Assembly: GCA_951406725.2 (NCBI GenBank) | Contig: OX597814.1 | Span: 182,652,001 to 182,716,000 of the forward strand | Direction of reading: 5' to 3' | DNA: 64,000 nt | Source of the DNA: Octopus vulgaris | Taxonomy: Eukaryota | Shown: piece after piece, positions 37,201 through 50,283 of the stretch | Position numbering within the stretch: position 1 is the stretch's first letter | How the letters are laid out: the number at the start of each line of letters is the position of its first letter | Made by a program: the position numbers and the translations under genes | Notes under the pieces: generated by a model | Seen by the model: the letters and a program-made list of their open reading frames with translations, nothing else | Told to the model about the DNA's origin: nothing | Databases searched by the model: none

Positions 37201-38709
37201 CCGTAAATCCTCGAGTATAGTCCGCCCTCGAGTATAATACGCAGGGGATTTTTAGGGAGCTGTACCCCTGAAAAACCTAAACCTTGTGTATAATACGCAT
37301 CCCTTCTCGAACTTGAGACCAGGAGGTCTATATAATGTCCTTGGTTTGTAAAAATGTATACGGTAATGTCCTTTATTATTATTGTATATATAACATAATG
37401 CAAACGTGCAGCTTTTTTGTGCATTTTGTTTGCAGAAAATAAAGAAATAACAGTAATAAAAGAAATAAGAGCACGAAGTTTTGTCAGTGAATAGGTTGCG
37501 GTCTCAAAGCGACGAAAATATTTTGACAAATTAAATTTAAACGTTGAAGTGAATCTAACGGTTTTAGTAATAACAGCAAATAACATTTAATAAATGTTGC
37601 TTACTGCAAGTTATGGATGATTCTTTTATGACATGAAATTTGCTGAAGAAATTATTAGAAGAAACATTTGTAAAGTCGACTCATTGTTAACGAAAACAAA
37701 TAGAGTGGAATAATGTAAAGTGAGGGAAATGATTGAGAAAGATTTTTGTTTGAGTTTACATATTGGTTGAATGGTAGAAGTACACCAATTCCGAAGAGAA
37801 GAGCAGGAACTTTGTTGACTTTATAGAAGGCGATATAGAAACCATTTCATTGAATCTTTTCAGAGGCAGGTTGCCTGGAAAAGATTTGCTTTTAAAATGT
37901 TTAAAATAAAACACTTGTGCGTTATGACTATAAACACTTTCTTCTGTTTATAGATTTAAAACATGTGTTATTTGAACTTCTTCTGTCTATGGGTTTAAAA
38001 TAAAATATACAGGCATTATTATATCGATGAACACTTTTGTTTAAAAATTTAAAATAAAACATGTAGGTGTTTCTATGAACATTTATATGTTTATAGATTT
38101 AAAATATGTAGGCTTATATCAAAACAATCTTCTGTTTATAGATTTAAATGTCTTAATTTTGCCGTTAACCAAATCAGTGCTAGGACATGAAATTTGCTGA
38201 AGAAATATTAGAAGAAACATTTGTAAACTCGACTCATTGTTAACGAAAATAAATAGAGTGGAATAATGTAGAGTGAGGGAAATGATTGAGAAAGATTTTG
38301 TTTGAGTCTACATATTGGTTGAATGGTAGAAGTACACCAATTCCAAAGAGAAGAGCAGAAACTTTGTTGACTTTATAGAATGCTATAAGAAACCATTTCA
38401 TTGAATCTTTTCAGAGGCAGCTAATCCTGAAAGCAATGAAGTCCTAAAAGAATCATCCATAACTTGCAGTAAGCAACATTTATTAAACGTTATTGGTGTT
38501 ATTACTAAATTGCTTTCAGGCTTAGCTTAAGGTATTTTCGCGCTCGATATCACAAAATGCGTCTGAATAAACATAGCCAGACAGCAAATAGAGACTCGGA
38601 CATTGCTTAGGAAATAATTTTCATTTTAAACCTCATACATAGTACGCACTAAGGATTTTGACCTTTAAATTTTGGGGAAAAAATGCGGATTATACTCGAG
38701 GATTTACGA
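37201..38709. mobile_element. Tc1/pogo-type MITE with a complex templated insertion
   Basis: TIR ccgtaaatcctcgagtata / tatactcgaggatttacga; TA TSD at 37199-37200 and 38710-38711. Confidence 0.8.
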
Positions 38710-39574
38710 TATTTAAAACTTTTAAACAGAAGTGTTTATCGATATAATGCCTGTATATTTTATTTAAAACCCATAGACAGAAGAATAAGTTCAAATAACA
38801 CATGTTTTAAATCTATTAACAGAAGAAAGTGTTTATAGTCATAACGCACAAGTGTTTTATTTTAAACATTTTAAAAGCAAATCTTTTCCAAGCAACCTGC
38901 CTCGGAAAAGATTCAATGAAATGGTTTCTTATAGCATTCTATAAAGTCAAATAAGTTTCTGCTCTTCTCTTTGGAATTGGTGTACTTCTACCATTCAACC
39001 AATATGTAGACTCAAACAAAATTTTTCTCAATCATTTCCCTCACTTTACATTATTTCATTCTATTTGTTTTCGTTAACAATGAGTCGAATTTACAAATGT
39101 TTCTTCTTTAATATTTCTTCAGCAAATTTCATGTCCTAGCACTGACTTGGTTAACGGCAAAATAAAGACATTTAATTAAACATTTAGTCATGAAATCTTT
39201 TTCTCCCAGCAAAATTGATGTTTCTCAATTAGTTTAACAAAAGACAGTTAAAAAGAAAAAGAGAAATAGAAAGAAACCCGATGGATTAATCAATTTCAAA
39301 TTCCATGTTTCTTCGTTTTACTTCTTTTAAAGACGTTTAATGGCAATACAAGGTGGTTTATGCGTGGAATATTTTCATTAAAATTGTCAGCAAACATGGA
39401 AAGAAACGGAATAGAATATATAATGACTTAAATAATATTCACCAACTGGCTGAACTAAATAGTTTGAAGTCTTCACAGTCTCGAAACAAAAATATTACCA
39501 AGCAGAGTGAAAATGCAGTTAAATGTGTGTGCACGCGCGTATTTATGTATTAGAGTAGGTATGTGTATGTCTTC

Positions 39575-39606
<32 letters not shown>

Positions 39607-39645
39607 GTGTGTATGTGCGTGCGTCTCTTTGTGTGTGTGTGTGTG
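39575..39645. repeat. (GT)n microsatellite
   Basis: Direct inspection. Confidence 0.9.
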
Positions 39646-40140
39646 ATTGATACATATATATCTCTTACATAAAATCCGTTCTGTCTGTGTGAGTGTGGGG
39701 TGGGGAGGTTCTAGGATCTCGGGCATCCTCCACTCGATTGCACTCAAATTTGATATGTAGATACCGACGGTATCAGGACGTGTATAAGTCTTGAAAAAAT
39801 TACAAAAATCGATTCCAGGTTAGAATGCGATCGATAATGCCACGGGAAGTCGTTTTTTTTTGGAATAGGAAAAAAGTCTATCTTTATTTCTTCTTTTGCT
39901 GGTGTCACAAATTTAGGTTAAATCAGTGTTTTTCAAAGGGGAGGCCTATGGGACGGTCGGACACGTTGTTTTGAGAAAATTTGGTTTCAATGTTTGACAA
40001 CTCAGCACCATCCATTGGACGGGGGGCATTTTGCTCGTAATGATATAAATATATATCTGTATTAATTATTACCTATAAGGTTTTTATTACATGCTGGCCA
40101 CTTCTTAAGATCGTTATGTTAAATAATGGTCTTATCCTCT

Positions 40141-40142
<2 letters not shown>

Positions 40143-40194
<52 letters not shown>
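40143..40194. repeat. (AT)n microsatellite
   Basis: Direct inspection. Confidence 0.95.
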
Positions 40195-40196
<2 letters not shown>

Positions 40197-40261
40197 ATAG
40201 AAATGGCAAGACAACAAAAGAATGAAAGAGACCTCGATATTATGTAAATAGAAGAATCTAT

Positions 40262-40682
40262 GGCGATCTTTCGTCTCTAGTAGACCTTTCCGTCGATTTC
40301 CGTAAAAAAAATGGGGTTTTTTTACATATGGGCTTGCGGGAACTTTTGAAGTAATATACGTACATATACACATACACCGAGTAAAAAATTTCAGTTATCT
40401 CTTTCTTTCACACATTACTCAGTCTCTTCACACACACTAACAGAAGCACTTCACTTACACAACATACTGTCTGTCTCCCACACCCCATCAAACACACACA
40501 CACACATGTACATCAATGCTTCCCCTGGACGGTAACTTCAAAAGAACTTCCCTCGTCATACAATCGCTTTCTCTTAGTCTCTTTCGCTCTCATTACTTCA
40601 AAAGTTCCCGCAAGCCCATATGTAAAAAAAATTTTTTTTTACGGAAATCGACGGAAAGGTCTACTAGAGACGAAAGATTGCC
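40262..40682. mobile_element. Merlin-like MITE, second family, copy 2
   Basis: Nearly identical to 36404-36830; perfect 8-bp TSD gaatctat. Confidence 0.92.
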
Positions 40683-41479
40683 GAATCTATCTGTAACTAT
40701 AATATGGGAAAGACTTCCGCTTGTCCCCCACCCATTTTCTCCAAAATTTGTTTCTTTTTGTAATTTTTTTTTTGTCAAAAATTCCCCATTTTCGGATACG
40801 GAGGTCCCGGAAAATTGCCAAAAATTGGCATTGTAAAATCCTCCCCTTTCCCCCCAACTTCTTCAATTTTGACTTTTTTCCCCAACACTAACCCTAAAAC
40901 CCTAACCCTAACCCTAAAACCGTAACCGTAAGTACAGAAATGTTTTGAAATTTTTGTCCGAATTATGTCCATATTTTCCCGCATATTTAGAAAAAAAAAT
41001 TTTACAAAGATTTTGGAAATTTTTTTCAGAATCATAATCTCCGTATTTTGGAAAAAAAATTGAGGAAATAGTTTAAAATGAAGGAAATGGTGGTGGTGGG
41101 GGTGGTAATTTAGAAATGTCGATTTTTGCCAATTATTTTTGCAGATTCGTATTCCCCGTAGCCGAAAAGGATGGGTTTGTGTCGAAAAAAAAAAAAAAAT
41201 TAAAGGGTGTTTTTTTGGGGGGTGGGGCAAGTCTTGACAATCTCTTCAGTTATCGGGCCATCGAAAAAATGCGAGATTTTCATAGTAGAAAACACTTGCC
41301 CAAGGTGCCACGCAGTGGGACTGAACCCGGACCCATGTGGTTGGTAAGCAAGCTACTTTATTTCATAAAACTTTTCCACAAAGGCATTACAGAGAGGAGA
41401 CAAACAAGGACAGACAAACATAAAAATGGTGAAGTAGCTTTTACGAATGAATTGAAATTATCAAGAACATCTTTTAAAA

Positions 41480-44035
41480 ATTTATAAAAATAATGATAGA
41501 CATTGTTTTACATAATGTGGTGCCTGAAGGAAAGGCATCCAACCACCAGGGTAGAATCTTTGCTTTTTTCCCGGGGCTCCACTTACTTGGTGCCAATCAC
41601 TTCCAGCTTTCTTACTACAAGCTTCCATCTTTTTTCGAATCTGTTTCGTGATAGGTACCTTTTCTCCAGCCTGATCTTACTATTGAGGTGCTAACTAAAA
41701 AAAAGTTGACCAACCCCTGCCTGGATACAAAGGTACCCGTCACTATTCCTTTCACACGTGTCTTCCATACCGTTTCTTTTAATACGGCTACCACGCAGCA
41801 AAAACGGGCTTTCCTCTCCCCGATAAAGGAAGGAGGCGGCACAATCACGATGATGGACTCAGCTGATAGCTGTACTCTTCCCATCGATGCCAACAGTTGT
41901 TCTGTAAAAACTATCAGTCCCTTTAATTCCGGACATTCCACAAATGCGTACAAGACGGTTTCCTGTCCTTCCCGCACCGCGGACATGTCGGCGAGACGGC
42001 ACTTCCGTGCCTTGACAGTTTGTCACGAACAGGTAACGCCGCACGGAAACACTGCCTGAACAGGTTGACTAACTGATTTTCATCGTAGCCTAGGGTTTCC
42101 CCCAAGGCGTCTTCGGACATAAATCCCACTAACCCGCTATAAAAATCCGCGGTGGAATTCCTGCTGCCGACATTGCCCGCCAGAGAGAGTAGCTGAAGGC
42201 ATGACGGCACTCCAATTGCCAATCCCCACCCTAGGTCTCCGCTCGATCCATGTACCAATGTCCGTTAAGGACGTTAACTCTGGAAGGTAGAACCGGACGT
42301 GCGGTGACCACACCTGCTTCCCATCCAGGTAAAGCCAGAGGTACCTCAACCTTAACACGAATTTTCGCATCTTCAGCCAAGGCATTCCTAGGCCAGCCTT
42401 TAGCGGTTTCTGGCAGCAGACAGAACGCTTCACAAGCGGCTTTCCTCCCTTCCAAAAAAGCGGAAAAGGATTCTCTCCAACTTGTTCATCCACAAATCGG
42501 GGCAAAGCACCACGATCAGACGGTAGGTGATAACTGATGCTATAAACATCTGCACCACCTCCGCCTTCCTTAGCAGGGATAACGCCCGCCCAGAGCAGGT
42601 TTGGGTTATAGCGGTCACCCTGCTGGTTACCTCACTCCAATTTTTCCCTATCTGGAGGTCTGGACCGAACCAGACTCCGAGCAGCTTAACACGACCTTCC
42701 GTCCAACGTCCAGCGACGTTATTGGACATCATCGGCTTGCCTCTCCAGGTGTCGAGTTGCAAACCGACTGACTTGTCCTTGTTAACCTTTGCTCCTGTCA
42801 CCGCCTCGTAGCTTTTGATGGCCTCTTCCACCACTGGAAGCTGGTCCTCATCCGCCACGATGATGGAGATGTCATTCGCATACGCCGTAGCTCCTCTTCC
42901 TCATCACAGATAATTTGGCGCGCCCCCTAGTGCCTCTAATTTCCGCAGTAGTGGCTCAGGAGCCAACACATATAAAAGCGGAGACAGGGGACACTCCTGA
43001 CGCACTGAGCGTTCGATCCTGAATAGTTTCGAAAATAAACCATTCACTTTTACGATAGACTCGATGTCGCTGTACGAAGCAGCAATCCAACCGCGGAAGG
43101 TCGGACCCAGAACAACCTTCTCGAGGACCGTCACCAAGTACCGACGGTCGACCCCATCAAATGCTTTAGACTGGTCTAAATGTACCAGTGCCCCTCATGC
43201 GCCAGAAAGCTTCCATACCCTCTCTAAGGTGTAGCGTAGAAGGTGGAGATTGTCGTGGATCGACCTGCCCGGGACGGCGCATGTTTGCGCCTTCCACAAG
43301 TCCATCCACGACCCGCGCCAACTTTTTTGCTGATACCTTGGCCAAAATCTTTGATTCTGTGTTTAGCAGAGTCATAGGCCAAAAGTTACTTATCTCGTCC
43401 CCCTTGTTCGGATCATTTCTGATCAGCGTCACCACCCCCGGCTTGCAGATTTGGGAATTCTCCCATTTTGCTGCCAGTTGGTGTAAACGCTGGCCAGCAA
43501 GTGCCCGAACAAGCCTGGTATACTCTTATAGAATTCATAGGACAGGCCATCGAGACCCGGCGTCTTCTCCCCAGGGCATTCGCCTAGTACCTCGATCACC
43601 TCTTCGGCTGTGATTGACCCTTCACAGCACTCAACCTCTCGCACCGAGAGACGCGGGCCACCACACAGAAAGTCCCTAAGGGCCTCACCAGGATCCAGCT
43701 TCCCGCTCCTCCCGAACAACTCGGCAAAATGCTTGTAAAGCGCCTCATACATCTTGTCCAGTCCTTCGGCCGAAATCCCATTGTCATCAATCAAAGACCT
43801 AATTGTGACATCATTGCGAAGCTGGGTTTCTACTGTACGGGCCCATCCGGCAACATTAATTCCTTCACAGCCTAATGCTTGCACTTTAGCCCCAACTCTA
43901 CATCCCTCGTGTTTAGCTTTGAAGTGACGGTCCAAGGCCGTTCTCGCTGCTAAAATGTGGGATGCAGAGCCCAACCTCAACGCCTCCTCTAAGTCCTTAA
44001 CTAGTTGCCCTCCTATTCCTTGTCTAGTCTTAGCT
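41480..44035 (-). mobile_element. Tx1/L1-clade LINE ORF2 fragment, frameshifted
   Basis: KTPGLDGLSYEFY, PMTLLNTESKILAK, SVRQECPLSPLLYVL, AYANDI, GLGMP and CPRCG motifs across broken minus-strand ORFs; higher GC than the flanks. Confidence 0.9.
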
Positions 44036-44099
44036 GATGGCTAAACCTAACAGACTCAAAACGAATGTTTAGCATCCAAGATCCTGAAGAAAAGCCTAA

Positions 44100-44990
44100 T
44101 TTGGGATTTCAAAAGGATTATATTTTCCTTAAAGTTACGAGGGAAAAACTTGGATCCTGTGAATTTTCCGAAGTCCTCCCACCCCCGGAAAAGATTTTCT
44201 CCACAAATTTCTTTATAATTGTAATCTATATCGTTTGAAAGGTATTTAATTAAAATTTCATTAAAAAACTCCATTTTCCTAAAAGTTAAGAGGGAAAAAC
44301 ATTGGATGTTGTGAATTTTCCGAAGTTCTCTCCTCCATCCCTACCCACCGTTGCTTTCTGGGCATTTTTGTTTTCGTATTCGTTTCTTACGTCGGTGGGA
44401 AGTAGAAAGATATCCATTTTCCTCAAAGTTACGAGGGAAAAACATCGGATCTTGTGCATTTTCCGACGTCCTCTTCGGAAAAAAAATTTTCCCACAAATT
44501 TCTTTATAATCGTAATCTATACCGTTTGAAAGGTAGTTATTTAAAACTTCATTAAAAAAAAAATCCCATTTTCCTAAAAGTTATGATGGAAAAACATCCG
44601 AAGGCCTCTCCCCACCTCCCTGTTGTTTTCCGGGCATTTTTGTTTTCATATTCGTTTCCTACACTTTTTTTTTATATTTCATATGTGCACTATTTTATTT
44701 TTCGATTTCGTTTCCCGTTTATAATGTTAACATTAACCAAATAATTTATGAATTGCTTTCTCTTCGAAAGTCTTCCTCTCGGAAAAATTTATCCCACAAA
44801 TTTCTTTATAATCGCAATCTATGCCGTTGGAAAAGTATTTATATAAAATTCTCTTGAAAGATATCCATTTTTCCTAAAAAAATTAGAAGGGGAGAAAATC
44901 GGATCTTGTGAATTTTCCGAAAGTCCTCTCACCGCCCCCGGTTCGTTGGCGCAATTTTTTTTTGGTTTCAAATTCGTTCAATGCACATTA
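44100..44990. repeat. Diverged tandem repeat (about three units of roughly 290-300 bp)
   Basis: aaagtta..agggaaaaac..ggat.ttgtgaattttccga and ccacaaatttctttataat recur at regular spacing. Confidence 0.65.
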
Positions 44991-47079
44991 AAAAACATTT
45001 TTTTTACACCTATTACACTTGTTTCGTTTTTGTTTTGGTGGCCGGTTGTTAAAGCAAACATTAACCAAATCCTTCAATGCAGTGCCCTAGTATGGCAGCA
45101 TTCCAATGACTAAAACAAGATATATCCCACTGTCCCACCGAGATGGAAGTAACCAGTAGTCGGACAGTGCAATACAGAGCTAATTGATATATAGGGCAGC
45201 AGAGTTATCTCGCTTGAAAATAAAAGCCCACTTGTTAATATATATATATTTATATATTATGCGACATATAAAATATATTATATAAAGTAAAACATCTAAA
45301 TATTTCTTGAAAAGATATTTTGATACTTATTTTCCTCTTACAATAATTACTATTATGGAATAGATCCGTTTCAGTCATAGGACTTCGACCTAGGACACCG
45401 CTTTGGTGGGTTTAGTCGAATTAATCAACAATAGTACTTACAAGGGGGTTGTTGAAAAGTTCCTGGCTGTGGGGTAAAAGAAAATACAGGAGGATCAGTT
45501 ATGATTTTATTCAAAACATTCTCCTCTCACATTCACACACTTATTACAGGACGCCCACTTATGTTTTCTCCGTTTTGACGGGGAATTTTCCAATTTTCTT
45601 TTTTACCACGGCCTTCGAAATGACGGGGGGTAGCTTTGCTTAAAGTTTGCTTTCTATGTAAAAAAGTTTTTGAAAATTTATGACTTTCACCTCTCCCCAT
45701 CCCATCCGGATCGATTTTGGCAATTTTTTTTTGGCATTACGCACTTAAAAGCGAAGGGAAAAACCTTTTCAGTAAAAAAAAAAATTGAAAATATTTTCAG
45801 AGGAAAAGGTGATTTAAGGGAAATTTAGCTGTTATATCTAGCACATCCTACGACGTCCCTGGTACCTTCCTTGCTTCATTGTATTGATGTTTTTCAATAT
45901 TTTCTTCTGATAAACACATTTTATGGAATGGTGGTCCATTACTCGGATTTAAGCACACTCACAAAAATTGTAGCTTAAATTTTTAACCCCCACCCCACAT
46001 TAAGCCAGTCCATGTGTAGGAGATGGGTGGGGGTGTGTGGGGGTGCGTGACGCGCGCTTGTGTGTAAGAAAAAATATTTATTAACAGAAAAGTATACTAT
46101 TAAAATGAATTATCTTTTGTATACTTTTTTTAAAAAAAGGGTTTGCAAAAAAAATGGAAAAAAAACAAACTTTTATGAATTTGATGTGAAGTCGTGTGTT
46201 GAAACACATTGTATTTAGAGACGGTCATCCTATTTATTTGCAAAATAAACACATGCATTATATATTCGTTCTATAAATGAGTGAAGAACGAATATATAGT
46301 GCGTGTGTTTATTTGGCAAAAAAGAATAAATGACCGTTCCGAAATACAATATGAAAACAATTTTTTCATAAAAATCTTCCTTCTATCATTTAGGCCGTGG
46401 TAAAAAAAATATTGGTAAAGTCCCCGTCCAAACAGAGAAAATCCAGCTTTTGTGGGAGTCCTGATCCGAAACTGCCCCATTTTTTTTCTTTTCCAAGCCG
46501 CTTCGTTATGAGATGTAAATGAATCAACACCGGCTGTACTGTACACACATATATATAAATGTATATATATACGACGGGCTTCTTTCAGTCTCTAATCTAT
46601 CAAATGCACTCATAAAACATTGGTCAACGCAGGCTACGGTGGAAAGCTCCAGCCCCAAGTGCCACGTAGTGGGACTGAACCCGAAACTATGTGGTTGGGA
46701 AGCAAGCTTCTTACCACACAGCCACGCCTTTGTTAAAACATGTAAATTAAGACACAAATATTTGCGATATAAACATTTAATAAAGCATGGAATATTAAAA
46801 GATAGCTTGATAAATTTGTCTGTTGCTAAAAGTTGCAGAATAAATTTTAACCTTCACCTCTATTTACGACACTACTTGTTTTCGTACGAATAATGGCAGT
46901 TCATTCGGAGGGTCAGTTTTCTGTTTCATGCTATTTTCTTTGTATATATATATCATTATATATCCTTATTTACGATAAAAAAAACTTACAATGTAAACTT
47001 ATTTCATATTATTGTATTTAATTTTATTAATTTAAAGCCATGATATTAAGAAAAGAAAATATTATCGAGCGCTGTATTT

Positions 47080-47092
47080 GTCGCTTAGCAAC
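47080..47092. promoter_or_regulatory. Candidate RFX X-box (GTCGCTTAGCAAC) upstream of the CCHCR1-like gene
   Basis: 13-bp imperfect palindrome fitting GTNRCN-N-RGYAAC in a small CpG-containing patch, followed by ATGGCG|GTAAAT. Confidence 0.35.
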
Positions 47093-48324
47093 TGATGGCG
47101 GTAAATTTCATAATAATCAAATTGAAGCAAATATTGTATTTACTGAAAAGATTTAGCAGTGGTTACCTTATTCAAATAATTACTTTTATTATTTTAATTT
47201 CTGCTTTTGATTGGATGATTTTGATTATGTTTAAAGTGTGCTATTTTGTTTTTATTCTTATCGTTCCATCCATTTCAAATCGCTGCCCAAAACACAAATA
47301 GAATGTTATAAATGCATTTATTTATGAAATTGTTAGATGTATCATGCTTACTTAACATATTTACATTGTATTAGTCTTACATATTCACAGGGCATAACTT
47401 AGAGTAATGATTGACGAACTCTGTGGAGTAGAAGCTAATTAAAGCTTCTAATGCAGAAGCTTATATACGGAATTGTTGTTATTAAGCTTTAGATCAGACC
47501 GGATCGAGCAGACACCTCTAATGAAAAGTTTTCCAGCTTTTTCTCTCGTTCTTAAAAAGTTAAGGTGTGATTTGAACGAAATTTGGTTGCTATTACTAGC
47601 AGGTCAAGCGACGGAGTAGGTACTCGCTGAAATATATATGGAGTTTTATGGAGGAGGAAAACAGGCAAATAGCGAATTCTTGGTTTTTCTCAGTACAACG
47701 TTTGACGAAGAACGTTCCACAGGTGGGGTGAATGCCCAAGTTCTATACCAGTGGTTCTTAACCTTTTCAGTGGTTCCCAGCCCTCTTATTTAAATGAATT
47801 TTCCCACGGACCCCTTTTAATATACTTATCCTTCCAAGAAGCCATGGATGTTGTAGCTTGGAAATCTAATTTACTTACGGAGACATCAACAGAGTATCGC
47901 CTGAGGAGATACATATAGATCTTCTTATACAGGTAAACCGTTACATAATTTAATTTATACCTAACTTTAAATCATGTATATACGAGGATCTGTATGTATC
48001 GAAACATTTGTAGCGATTAGAAAGCTGCCTAACCATACTTACTCTTCCTTTTGACTCTTTTACTTTTTACTTTCACACACGAGGATTATTATTAACTAAG
48101 ACTAGAATTGGTAGCATACCATAAGAATACTACCGGCTATTTGGGAATTCTAAGGGTGAACGAGCTCTATTTGTACTCCTATGTGTTAACAGAACACACC
48201 TCAACTATATATATATATATATATATAATTGAAAAATATGATAAAATCTTTATAAGAATTTATCAAGTAGTTAGCGTGAAAAACCTCACAAGGGAAAAAA
48301 TTTATTCCTTTTAAATATATTTAT

Positions 48325-48496
48325 TTATATTAAGGGCATTACTAAACATAAATGCCTCACGCTAGGAGGGACTCTTAAAGTCAAAACTACCATAATAAAC
48401 ACATTGTACCGGTACAATGTGCTTATTATGGTAGTTTTGACTTTAAGAGTCCCTCCTAGCGTGAGGCATTTATGTTTAGTAATGCCCTTAATATAA
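48325..48496. repeat. 172-bp spacerless palindrome
   Basis: Arms pair about the centre 48410/48411 (tacc|ggta) with one mismatch (48399/48422). Confidence 0.97.
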
Positions 48497-48504
48497 TATA
48501 TCTC

Positions 48505-48915
48505 TTTTTTTACTCTTTTACTTGTTTCAGTCATTTGACTGCGGCCATGCTGGAGCACCGCCTTTAATCGAGCAACTCGACCCCGGGACTTATTCTTTTT
48601 GTAAGCCCAGTACTTATTCTATCGGTCTCTTTTGCTGAACCGCTAAGTAACAGGGACATAAACACACCAGCATCGGTTGTCAAGCAATGCTAGAGGGACA
48701 AACACAGACACACAAACACACACACATACATATACATATATATACATATATACGACAGGCTTCTTTCAGTTTCTGTCTACCAAATCCACTCACAAGGCTT
48801 TGGTCGGCCCAAGGCTTTAGCAGAAGACACTCGCCCAAGGTGCCACGCAGTGGACTGAACCCGGAACCATGTGGGTGGTAGACAAGCTACTTACCACACA
48901 GCCACTCCTGCGCCT
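48505..48915 (-). mobile_element. SINE family C
   Basis: Full-length reverse-complement copy. Confidence 0.88.
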
Positions 48916-50045
48916 ATATATATATATATATATTTGAAATCTTGAATTTAGTTCACGAATCCCCAGTACTACCTTTGCGGACCCCAAGGTTGAGAACCAC
49001 TGGTCTGTACCTAGCATTTATAGCAGGGATAAAGTGAAAGGTTACGTTTAACACATCGGAGATCTGAAACCCAGCTGGCCACAGTCAAATGATTGAAACA
49101 AGTAAAAGAAAAGATTAATATTAAAATTCACAGTCAAAATGCTTTGCAGCATTTCGTTCATCGTTACATTCTGAGTTCAAATGCCATCAAGGTTCACTTT
49201 GTCTTTCATCGTTTTGGGGTTGATAAAATAAGTACCAGTTGAGTACTGGGGTTCGACCTAATCGACTTAGCCACTCCCCTGAAATTGCTGACCTTATGCC
49301 AAAATTTGAAACCAGTATTAATATTAGAATTAAAGGATCTTTTCCTTTTGAATGGCACTTTTCAACACAATTTCTAGTTAACTAAAACACTTTTAAACTT
49401 CGTATACTGGTAGAATGTGTTTATAAAACATCATTTATTCTAGAATAATTTCACAATTTTTTTCTATTTTCAGAATTATATTTCTGAAAAATTTTAAATG
49501 AGAAACAATTCTAAATGCAAAGTGAATTGATTCTTTATATGTCCTAGTTTATTGTTAATTTTCGATATAATTTTTATACATAATACGAGTAACAGGTATG
49601 GTGGTCCAAAATTTAAATTTTGAATTTAGTTTTAATTATATTAAGGAGTCAAACATACAATTTCCTGTAAGTTAGACCACCTCATGGCCTCAGCAGACAA
49701 AATGGAAAAGGTGTTGCCCCAGAGGGTGGCAAGAGAGATGCACTAGAACAGCCACTCTGACTCACTGGGTTTGTACTTGTGGACAGCCATCTCTGCCCCA
49801 ATAGCCATGAGCAAGGATATGGTTCAGGGGCCAAGAACGTCAGAGGTCTCCACTGCCACAGGCTCAACCATTTACCTGTCAGAAAGTGAATGATTCTTTC
49901 TGTAAATCTATTTTAAATGCTTCTCATTTAAATTTTTTATGGCTGTTTCTTTTTTTGTTGTACTAAACCACCATTTCTCAACAAATAACTAGATTACAAG
50001 AGTTAGTAAATCAGAAACTATTGCATAGATATTGTGTTAACAAAT

Positions 50046-50268
50046 CTATTTCTTTACTACCCACAAGGGGCTAAACACAGAGGGGACAAATAAGGATGGA
50101 CAAACGGATTAAGTTGATTACATCAACCCCAGCGCATAACTGGTGCTTAATTTATCGACTCCGAAAGGATGAAAGGCAAAGTCGACCTCGGCGGAATTTT
50201 AACTCAGAACGTAACAGCAGATGAAATACGGCTACGCATTTTGCCCGGGGTGCTAACGTTTCTGCCAG
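50046..50268 (-). mobile_element. SINE family B
   Basis: Family B, reverse complemented. Confidence 0.85.
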
Positions 50269-50283
50269 ATTTGTGTTAACAAA

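Larger units (their letters stand above)
47749..49002. mobile_element. hAT (Charlie-like) non-autonomous element with nested insertions
   Basis: TIR cagtggttcttaacc / ggttgagaaccactg; degenerate 8-bp TSD ttctatac / gtctgtac. Confidence 0.65.

Noticed and set aside
36972-37586. 204-aa minus-strand ORF
   Set aside because: Spans a MITE end and AT-rich tandem repeats; no coding signature.
40888-40928. Telomere or chromosome-fusion scar
   Set aside because: Only a few degenerate ccctaa units, embedded in repeat-like sequence as in the MITEs.
41688-43613. Plus-strand ORFs overlapping the Tx1/L1 fragment
   Set aside because: Antisense shadows of GC-richer LINE coding sequence.
49475-49595. Coding first exon of CCHCR1
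   Set aside because: Splice sites are plausible, but the frame needed to join 50837 contains a TAA with no later ATG; at most a UTR exon.
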